From positions 28,552-92,551 of the forward strand of contig CASPWD010000005.1 in the NCBI GenBank assembly GCA_949425635.1: a stretch of 64,000 nucleotides of DNA, in the 5' to 3' direction. Position numbers and translations under genes: made by a program. This DNA is from an uncultured Bacilli bacterium (GTDB lineage: Bacteria; Bacillota_I; Bacilli_A; RF39; UBA660). This document shows positions 56,656-64,000 of the stretch, piece after piece; within the stretch, counting starts at the first letter, position 1, and each line of letters opens with the position of its first letter. The notes below the pieces were generated by a model. That model ran no database searches and was not told where the DNA came from. It saw only the letters and a list, made by a program, of their open reading frames with translations.

Positions 56656-57207
56656 TTATGAGTTTATTTTATTATCATTAATTTCATTATTATTTATAAC
56701 TTTATACCATACTTGTAAAATATCTTCTTGTTCTCTAATCACTTTATCTAGAACTAATTTATTTTCGAAAAATTCTCCTTCAAAGAGGTTGATTCCTTTA
56801 TTTAAAACATATGGATTGTAGTTGATAATAACCTGATTAACAATGGTTTCTTTCATAAATAATGTATTAATTGTAGCTCCACCAGAAATAAAGACATTCT
56901 TAATATTTTTTTCTTCACATAATTTATAGAATTGTTCTAGTGAATTGACTACAAATACATTAGAGTAAGGATATTCTATGTTACTTTTCGAAAATATTAT
57001 TACAGTAGTATCCTTTAAATCGTTTATATAATCACTCCCCCAAGACATTACATTTTTAAAAGTTGTGTTTCCCCAAACTAAACAATCATAATTTTTTAAA
57101 AAATCTAACATTATTTGATAATTTCTTTCAAGTAAAAAATCTTCACTACCATTTTCGTAAGCTATAAGTCCATTTATTGAACTGGCCATTTCTATTGTTA
57201 TATTCAT
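56656..57207 (-). CDS. RibD C-terminal / dihydrofolate-reductase-like family protein
   Basis: 183 aa. 'MASSINGLIA' and 'FISGGATINTLF' are typical of the RibD_C family. Confidence 0.55.
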   Translation of the reverse strand: MNITIEMASSINGLIAYENGSEDFLLERNYQIMLDFLKNYDCLVWGNTTFKNVMSWGSDYINDLKDTTVIIFSKSNIEYPYSNVFVVNSLEQFYKLCEEKNIKNVFISGGATINTLFMKETIVNQVIINYNPYVLNKGINLFEGEFFENKLVLDKVIREQEDILQVWYKVINNNEINDNKINS

Positions 57208-57335
57208 AATATTTAATCCTTTCTAATATTTAGTTAATCCTTAACGAATATTTTATCAAAATTTATAACACTGCACAATTTATAAATGATAATACCTAAA
57301 ACACAAAAAGACCTTATAATTTCTAGAGGTCCTTA

Positions 57336-58250
57336 TTACAAATCTAAATTTGTATCTATGTATTCTTGGATAAATTTACGAGGAGCTGTTGTTAAGAAGT
57401 GCTTATTATATACGATATTAATTTCTACTGTAGGAAGCTCTTCCTTAATATTTAATATTTCTATTTCACCATTTTTCGTTTCGTGTTCAACTAAATTCTC
57501 AATTACATATCCAATACCTAAGTCTTTTTTTACAGCACCTATAATCATCTCGCTCGTATGGATATTTATTACGTTATCAACATTTACTTTATTAGCTGCT
57601 AATACTTCATTAAGATCAGTACGATTAGCTGTACCTGGAATTGGAAGAATCAATAAATAATTTTTTAAATCGTTAAGTTTTTTGATTTTCTTAATATCAA
57701 TAGTTGTTGTATCTTTTTTAGCAATGAAACAATACTTTACTTCAGCTAGTTTTTTTATAATTACGTCTTCGTCTGTTTTGATATCTATAGGAGAAGTGTC
57801 AATGATAAAGTCTACTTTATGGTTATCTAAAAGACTTGTTAAATTTGTAGTCGATCCAGTTATAATAGTTACTTCAATGTTAGGAAACTTTTTATGGAAG
57901 TCAATTATTTTATCAAATAAGAAGAATGAACCGATATTTGATGGCATGCCGATTGAAAGTTTACCTCGTTCTAAGTTTTCTGTTTCAAGCATGTTTCTTT
58001 CAGCAATTATTAAATTGTTATATGACTTTTCAACGAAATATAAAAGTTCTTTCCCTTTTTCTGTTAATTCAACACCATTTAAATTTCGATAAAATAATTT
58101 AGTAGAAAGTTCTTCTTCTAGTTTCTTTATGGCTTTACTTACAGCTGGTTGAGAAGTATAACTCATTCCTGCAGCTTTAGAAATACTACCACATTTTGCT
58201 ACATCATAGAAAGTTTTATATAAGTTAAGATTAACATTTGTTTTATACAT
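57336..58250 (-). CDS. LysR-family transcriptional regulator
   Basis: HTH 'GSISKAAGMSYTSQPAVSKAIKKLEEEL'. Confidence 0.85.
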   Translation of the reverse strand: MYKTNVNLNLYKTFYDVAKCGSISKAAGMSYTSQPAVSKAIKKLEEELSTKLFYRNLNGVELTEKGKELLYFVEKSYNNLIIAERNMLETENLERGKLSIGMPSNIGSFFLFDKIIDFHKKFPNIEVTIITGSTTNLTSLLDNHKVDFIIDTSPIDIKTDEDVIIKKLAEVKYCFIAKKDTTTIDIKKIKKLNDLKNYLLILPIPGTANRTDLNEVLAANKVNVDNVINIHTSEMIIGAVKKDLGIGYVIENLVEHETKNGEIEILNIKEELPTVEINIVYNKHFLTTAPRKFIQEYIDTNLDL

Positions 58251-58379
58251 ATAATATCACCCTTGATAATTTGTTATTATAGCATCTTTTCTAAAATTTA
58301 ACTATTCAATTATCTTTATTTAGACATTGTCATTATTTTTTAAATAATGTTATACTACTCTAAGAACGGAGAATGATTA

Positions 58380-58949
58380 ATGGAAAAATATTTATTTGAT
58401 AATGGATTCTTTGAATTTGTACATAGTGAAGAGGATTTCATAATAGATGGCAATACTAAAAGAATTAAAAGAAACTTTGTTAGAAGACCTCCTGGAATAA
58501 GAGCATTAATTGTTGATAAAGAAAGTAAAAAAATACTTTTTTCAAGAGAATTTAGATATGAATTAAATGATTGGGATTTAAGATTACCTGGGGGAAAAGT
58601 ATTTGATAGTTTAGATGATTATAAAAGATCTTTAGAAAAAGATGATGTTTTAGACCATGTAGAAATGACTGTACCAAAGGAGGTTCTTGAAGAAATAGGA
58701 CTTATTGTAAATAATCCTAAATTAATTAAAGTTTCAAAGGATGGTGCTGGAGTTATATGGGATTTATATTATTACGAAATTACTGATTATAAAATAAGTA
58801 AAGATGGTCCACAGCTTGAAGAAGATGAGGTAATTAATGGATATGTTTGGAAATCTTTTGATGAAATAATTGATTTATGTAATCAAAATCTTATTCATGA
58901 AGATAGAACTGTTGGAGTTTTATTAACATATATTTTAAATAATAGATAA
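58380..58949 (+). CDS. Nudix-family hydrolase (ADP-ribose pyrophosphatase-like, partly degenerate box)
   Basis: 'LPGGKVFDSLDDYKRSL...PKEVLEEIGL'. Confidence 0.55.
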   Translation: MEKYLFDNGFFEFVHSEEDFIIDGNTKRIKRNFVRRPPGIRALIVDKESKKILFSREFRYELNDWDLRLPGGKVFDSLDDYKRSLEKDDVLDHVEMTVPKEVLEEIGLIVNNPKLIKVSKDGAGVIWDLYYYEITDYKISKDGPQLEEDEVINGYVWKSFDEIIDLCNQNLIHEDRTVGVLLTYILNNR

Positions 58950-58997
58950 CAAAAAAAGTTCATAACTATAAAAGATATGAACTTTTATTTTGGCTTT

Positions 58998-59687
58998 TTA
59001 ATTATTCGTATTCTCTAGTTCTTTTAAATATTCTTCAAGATATGAAATCCACTTTGGTTCGTTTTCTTCTAAAAATAAATTGTATAGAAAATCAACCATT
59101 ATTGTTTGTCTATTTGTGGCCTCGCAACGACCTGACTCTGTCAACATAAGATATTTTAATTTTAATAGTTTTTCGAAACAATGAATAACTCCTGAATCGG
59201 CACATAGTTTGTAATTATCAACATTTACTTCTTTATTAGGAAAAATTTCTTTGTCAAAGAAAGGTTTATTATGTGATAACTCATAAGTACATGTTCTTAT
59301 TATAGCAGTTGCACCAATACCATCACACATGTCAGCATCAGAAACAATTTGTCCTTCTAAAGTAGTCGGTCTTAATCCTTGTAATAATTTGCGATAACCG
59401 ATATGACTTATTTCTTTTAAAACTATTTTTTGAGTTTTTTTATCTACACCAACAGTATCCATAATATGTTTGGCATTGGGTAAATCTTTTTCATTTTCTA
59501 AACCAAATAATTTGTAATCATCGACATCATGTAATAGTGCTATTAACAGGGTTAGTTCAACATTTGCATTCTCTTTTATAGCAAATGATGATGCTAGATT
59601 TTCTACACGCTTTATATGACTTACATCATGCCCTGACTTATCATTACTTAAAAGCTCGTATACTTTTTTTCTAATTTCATCTATCAT
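58998..59687 (-). CDS. HD-domain metal-dependent phosphohydrolase
   Basis: 'GHDVSHIKRV' and 'ALLHDVDD'. Confidence 0.7.
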   Translation of the reverse strand: MIDEIRKKVYELLSNDKSGHDVSHIKRVENLASSFAIKENANVELTLLIALLHDVDDYKLFGLENEKDLPNAKHIMDTVGVDKKTQKIVLKEISHIGYRKLLQGLRPTTLEGQIVSDADMCDGIGATAIIRTCTYELSHNKPFFDKEIFPNKEVNVDNYKLCADSGVIHCFEKLLKLKYLMLTESGRCEATNRQTIMVDFLYNLFLEENEPKWISYLEEYLKELENTNN

Positions 59688-59733
59688 ATGATAATCACCA
59701 TTTTTATTATATCATAACATAATATTGTATATT

Positions 59734-60798
59734 CTAGAATTTAGATGCTTTCTTAAGTGTTAATTTATCAATAAGAATGAATAAAATAATTAATATTGCA
59801 CTTATAATAACAAAAAGATAAAAACTTATACCACGAGAGATAATCATAGCACTACTTAATATGGTTGATGGGAAGAACATTTTAAATAAAATCATAAATC
59901 CTCCTTCACTGACACCCATTGCACCTGGAAATGGTAATGAAGATACAGAAATATATAAAACAGCTTGCATAAAGATAAAAGTTAAAAAATTAACATCATT
60001 TAGGCCAAAAGAAAGATATACAAAATAAGGTATACTATGATATAGAATCATTTGAATAGTAGTAGTAAAAATTATTTTAAGTAAGACTAATTTATTAGAT
60101 TTTAAATATATAGAGCATTTATGATACTCTTCTACTTGGTTTAATATTTTTTCTTTTAATTCAGTAGTTTTTTTATAATGAAGGAAGTTTAAAAGGGAAA
60201 TAATGATATTCACTAATTTTATTGCAAAGTTTCTAGAAAATATCATTATAAGAAGGAAAATTAAGATGAGTATGTTAATTGTAAGTCCTAGAGCAAGAAG
60301 ATATTTAATGTTCCCAATATTATTTATTAGAATGTCATAGTTATAGGCAAAACCAATAATAGCAATACTACAAGAGACAAATTGAAAACTAGATAATTCT
60401 ACTAGTAATGCTAAAGCTGAATGAGCAATTGGAAGTTTATCCTTACTCATAAAATAAAGTTGAGCTGGATCTCCTCCACTAGCAGATGGCGTAACTGAAC
60501 TAAAGAAGAAACCTACTAAGGCATACTTAAAAGATTTTAAATAACTTATTTTGCAGTTAAGAGTTTGTAATACACGACGAATATTAATTCCTTCACAGGA
60601 AATAAAAATGAACATTGAAATTATAGCAAATATAATATATGTTATGTTTACTTGTTTAATATTTAAAAATATTTCAGTCATGTTGTTCTTTTTGAAAACT
60701 ATAGAAATTGTTAAAATGGCGAATATTAAAAATATAATGATGTTTAAGATATTTTTTCTGATATTTTTATTTTTCATAATACTTATCCACCGTTTCAA
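59734..60798 (-). CDS. Flippase-like / lysylphosphatidylglycerol-synthase TM-region family membrane protein (UPF0104)
   Basis: 354 aa with about 8 TM segments and 'PSASGGDPAQLYFM'-type motifs. Overlaps the upstream deacetylase gene. Confidence 0.55.
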   Translation of the reverse strand: MKRWISIMKNKNIRKNILNIIIFLIFAILTISIVFKKNNMTEIFLNIKQVNITYIIFAIISMFIFISCEGINIRRVLQTLNCKISYLKSFKYALVGFFFSSVTPSASGGDPAQLYFMSKDKLPIAHSALALLVELSSFQFVSCSIAIIGFAYNYDILINNIGNIKYLLALGLTINILILIFLLIMIFSRNFAIKLVNIIISLLNFLHYKKTTELKEKILNQVEEYHKCSIYLKSNKLVLLKIIFTTTIQMILYHSIPYFVYLSFGLNDVNFLTFIFMQAVLYISVSSLPFPGAMGVSEGGFMILFKMFFPSTILSSAMIISRGISFYLFVIISAILIILFILIDKLTLKKASKF

Positions 60799-61453
60799 AT
60801 TTGTACCCTTTTCTTAAAAGTATAGGAATAACTTTATCTAATGCTTCGATGGTACGAAGAGGAGCATTTGGTGCACCGCGGCCATCATGAAGACAGATTA
60901 TATCACTGCCTTGAATTCTTTTTAAGAGTTTGACTTCTATTTCAAATATAGATGTTTTAGACTCCCAATCTTCAGCCATTACATGCCATAAAACTAATTT
61001 AAGATTGTGCTTTTTTAGATTGTATAGTGTAGCTATGTTTAAGTCTCCCCAAGGTGGACGATAATAAACAACTTTTTGATTTAATGAATTCATAATATCA
61101 AGACTTTTTGAAAAATCATTACTTGTTTTAAATGGGGACATAAGATAAGCATTTTCGTGCTTTAAAGAGTGGAGGCAAATTAAGTGTTTTTCTTTTGACA
61201 TTCTTTCTATTGTATCAGGATATTGTTTAGCAAAATTTGCCACACAAAAGAAAGAGGCTTTTATATTATATTTTTTTAATACATCTAATAACTTATTGGT
61301 ATGTTCACTTGGTCCGTCGTCAAAAGTAAGATATATAGTTTTATCTTTTTCGCGACGATTTTTTTTATAAATGTACTTAAAATAGCGACTTGGAAGTATT
61401 GCATATAGAAAAAAGATTATAGTGATTATTGATAGAATTATTAAAAGAATCAT
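60767..61453 (-). CDS. Polysaccharide deacetylase (NodB homology domain)
   Basis: N-terminal TM segment, then 'LTFDDGPS', 'LHSLKHE' and 'YRPPWG'. Confidence 0.8.
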   Translation of the reverse strand: MILLIILSIITIIFFLYAILPSRYFKYIYKKNRREKDKTIYLTFDDGPSEHTNKLLDVLKKYNIKASFFCVANFAKQYPDTIERMSKEKHLICLHSLKHENAYLMSPFKTSNDFSKSLDIMNSLNQKVVYYRPPWGDLNIATLYNLKKHNLKLVLWHVMAEDWESKTSIFEIEVKLLKRIQGSDIICLHDGRGAPNAPLRTIEALDKVIPILLRKGYKFETVDKYYEK

Positions 61454-61470
61454 TTTTCTTCCTCTTCTCT

Positions 61471-62514
61471 TTATATGATTGTGGTATATGGAGTGTTATC
61501 GAAACTATTTTTTAGTTTTTTCATATTTCTTCTCATTTGTGATAACTTTTCTTCATTATTAATTAGTTTTATAATATCTTCTGCTAAGAATTTATTCTTT
61601 TTCCATATAACTTCACCTAAATTATTATCTTCTATATATAGGGCGTTCCCTACTTCTTGAGTTAGAAAAGGCTTTATAACTAACATTGGTGTTTCTGTAT
61701 TTATAGCTTCAAACATTGTAATTCCTCCAGCTTTAGTAACTATAAGGTCTGCTTCTTTCATATATTTAAAAACTTCGTTAGTAAAACCAATTATATTAAT
61801 ATTATGGTAAATTGAAGATATTTTTTGTTTAAGCTTCTCATTGTTTCCAACGATAACATTTACTTTAAATGAGCTATTATGTTCAAGAGACTCTAGTAAT
61901 TCATCAACATCAGGAATGAGTCCTAAACCACCACCCATTATTAAAATATTCTTTTGTTTGGTTTCTTTTTTGCTATTTATAAATTCTTTTCTTACAGGTA
62001 TTCCAGAAATTATAATTTTATCTTTATTCACTCCTTTTTCAATTAAATTTTCTTTTGTTTTTTCACATGCAACAAAGTATAAATTAGTTTCATTACTAAT
62101 CCACTCTTCATGTGCATCAACATCTGTTATACATGTGTTTAAAACAATATCATTGTTTACCATTCTTTTATAAGCAGAGATATATTGAGAACAAGTTGGA
62201 AAAACTGAAATTATTAAATCTGTATTATTTTCATATATTAGATCATCAATCTTTTTTACTATTACTTTTTTTAAAGGAGCACTAGTATTTCGAGAACTAA
62301 TTTTATTTAAACAATTGTATAAAGTATGACATTTACCAACAAGAAAATTAAATGTACTATAGATATATTTATTAAGAGTTGGGAACATGTATTCTATAAA
62401 ATCGATTATTTTAATGTTATAATCAGGATTCTCTAATAGAATTTTTTCTTTTATAGACTTTGCAGCACTATTATGCCCATAGCCGAAATTTCCTGTAAGA
62501 ATTAAAATGTTCAT
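61471..62514 (-). CDS. MGDG-synthase/UgtP-like diacylglycerol glycosyltransferase (GT28)
   Basis: 'ILILTGNFGYGHNSAAKSI' matches the UgtP N-terminus. C-terminal 'TKAGGITMFEA'. Confidence 0.75.
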   Translation of the reverse strand: MNILILTGNFGYGHNSAAKSIKEKILLENPDYNIKIIDFIEYMFPTLNKYIYSTFNFLVGKCHTLYNCLNKISSRNTSAPLKKVIVKKIDDLIYENNTDLIISVFPTCSQYISAYKRMVNNDIVLNTCITDVDAHEEWISNETNLYFVACEKTKENLIEKGVNKDKIIISGIPVRKEFINSKKETKQKNILIMGGGLGLIPDVDELLESLEHNSSFKVNVIVGNNEKLKQKISSIYHNINIIGFTNEVFKYMKEADLIVTKAGGITMFEAINTETPMLVIKPFLTQEVGNALYIEDNNLGEVIWKKNKFLAEDIIKLINNEEKLSQMRRNMKKLKNSFDNTPYTTII

Positions 62515-62703
62515 AAACTCACCTCACTTTGATTTTATAATATCAACTGGTTGCACACTACCAAATCTGTTTTACATTTTGTATAATTTAGGTTGCATTT
62601 TAACAAAAAAATAGATTTCTGGCTTTTTATAGCTTTATTATAATTAAGTAAAGTGACTTTTAACTTACAAAAAAATGATAAATTGGCATTTATCATTTTA
62701 GTT

Positions 62704-63258
62704 TCACAATTCTTTTAATTTTGAAATTAACTTTTGATGAATCGGCCTTACGAAGTCGACTATTTCGTTATTAGTTGCATCACTTAGTGATATCCATTTA
62801 ACTCCACTGCTTTCATCTTTACGATATTTAAGTTCTTGTTTATCATCCGCTTCGAGTAAATATATTACATCTAAATGTGTATGTGAGGAAATGTACTCAC
62901 CTTTTTTTATATGAGCTTTTGTAGCATTCGCTTGTATAGCAAATATTTTATCATCTAATATTTTAGTTTTTAAACCTGTTTCTTCTTCGACTTCACGAAT
63001 AGCGACTGACAAAAGATTTTCTTCTCCGTCAGCGTGTCCTCCTGGATAAATCCAACCATCATAAATATTGTGATATACAACGAGCATTTTTGTTCTATCC
63101 TTATTAACAACAAAAGCTGATGATGTAAAATGACCAAAGATATTTCTTCTAGTAAGGTAGTCCTCAAATGTGTTTATAAATTTTAAGAAATAATCTTTAT
63201 CTTTTAACTCTTGTTCATTGTATGGATTATATTCTATTATTGATTCTTTAATTTTCAT
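62704..63258 (-). CDS. Nudix hydrolase
   Basis: Nudix box 'PGGHADGEENLLSVAIREVEEETGL'. Confidence 0.75.
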   Translation of the reverse strand: MKIKESIIEYNPYNEQELKDKDYFLKFINTFEDYLTRRNIFGHFTSSAFVVNKDRTKMLVVYHNIYDGWIYPGGHADGEENLLSVAIREVEEETGLKTKILDDKIFAIQANATKAHIKKGEYISSHTHLDVIYLLEADDKQELKYRKDESSGVKWISLSDATNNEIVDFVRPIHQKLISKLKEL

Positions 63259-63307
63259 ATTGTTTCCTCTTATAAAGAAAGAGTAATGTAGTTAGTATTA
63301 CTCAAAT

Positions 63308-64000
63308 CTAATAATTCATTGTATAGTGTTCTTCTTGGATAAAACCTGGTGCAGCTTCTGCTGGTTCATATATTAATTTAATGTCTTTATCTTTAATATA
63401 GAAATCCCCTATTGAACCGATTGTTTGAAAAGATAAGACTTCTTTAAATTCGTTATCAATATTTTTATAAATGTAGTGTGTTACAGGAACTGGTGAAATT
63501 CTATTATCACTTATTCTTGTAATCAATTCTAGTGTTCCATCTTCATCAAGATCAATTGCATAGAAAACTGAACCCTCATTTTTCAAGTTCATTAATTTAT
63601 CATTTAAATATATATTGTTATTATCTATTTTTACGATTGCTTCTGTATCTTTATTCAATTTTAATTTATCTCCTGAAGAAACAACAATATCTCTTAATAT
63701 TATGTGGCGATATCCATCTTTAGCTTCTTTTTCTTCTTCGTCAAGACTTTCGATTAAAGATTTTAAGATTTTGCTTCCTCTTTCAGAATCGCTGATTGTT
63801 CCTGCTTTTTCTTTTTCGATACTTTCAATAGCAATAACAATACTTTCAATATTACTTAGTTGGCTGTATTTTAATTCAACTTCATTTTCTGCATCACTAT
63901 TATCATAATAGAACGCATATTGATTACTAAGTGTCTGTGGATTTTCACTACCAATCTTATCTAAAATTCGAGTTATAATACTTAACTCTTCTGTTTTTAA
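63308..64000 (-). CDS. Hypothetical protein, C-terminal part (gene runs off the window end)
   Basis: The minus-strand frame is open from 64000 to the stop at 63308 (231 codons). The track's 116-aa ORF starting at TTG is only its tail. Contains an FG-GAP-like 'AIDLDEDGTLELI' segment. Confidence 0.5.
   Translation of the reverse strand, partial: LKTEELSIITRILDKIGSENPQTLSNQYAFYYDNSDAENEVELKYSQLSNIESIVIAIESIEKEKAGTISDSERGSKILKSLIESLDEEEKEAKDGYRHIILRDIVVSSGDKLKLNKDTEAIVKIDNNNIYLNDKLMNLKNEGSVFYAIDLDEDGTLELITRISDNRISPVPVTHYIYKNIDNEFKEVLSFQTIGSIGDFYIKDKDIKLIYEPAEAAPGFIQEEHYTMNY

Noticed and set aside
63308-63658. The 116-aa ORF in the track, taken as a complete gene
   Set aside because: It begins at a TTG, and the same frame stays open upstream to the window edge at 64000. 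It is therefore the C-terminal part of a longer, truncated gene.

Overview
64-kb chromosomal segment of a very AT-rich, low-GC Bacillota (Firmicutes)-type genome, with about 75 protein genes, over 85% of them on the minus strand. I found no rRNA, CRISPR array, transposase or integrase. From left to right the window contains: (1) a capsule/exopolysaccharide locus (CpsC/CpsD-type chain-length and BY-kinase pair, priming sugar transferase, GT4, radical SAM, O-acyltransferase, GT2); (2) two paralogous secreted LRR + transglutaminase-like proteins; (3) housekeeping genes, namely gltX behind a Glu T-box, tRNA-Glu(CUC), mnmA, udp-cdd, a CaCA antiporter behind a yybP-ykoY-like leader, tRNA-Gln(CUC-type wobble, anticodon CUG), and NfeD/SPFH; (4) an ArgE-like M20 peptidase + GNAT pair preceded by two tandem Arg-codon leader-peptide attenuators; (5) a collagen-like (GXY)n protein. 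The most unusual region is 29.6-40.6 kb. It holds a SAM-I riboswitch controlling a compact MetK-like gene. Next comes a tightly overlapping six-gene operon: B12-binding radical SAM, a CoaE-like kinase fused to radical SAM/SPASM, a BtaA/DUF3419-like SAM enzyme, a protein carrying about 10 'SES[RH]' repeats, a GshF/cyanophycin-synthetase-type ATP-grasp ligase, and a methyltransferase. After that is a separately promoted operon of five tandem, diverged small Cys-rich (CPCC) paralogs followed by an NrtR-like Nudix regulator and a Nudix hydrolase. The rest of the window contains an AT-rich stretch with orphan genes (a SEC-C motif protein, an orphan sRNA candidate, tRNA-Gly), a coaC-coaB operon with extra enzymes, a divergent PurA-like gene in an operon with RibD_C, DUF3795 and Nudix genes, and a glycolipid/cell-envelope module. 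All functional calls rest on motif recognition by eye. No database search was possible.
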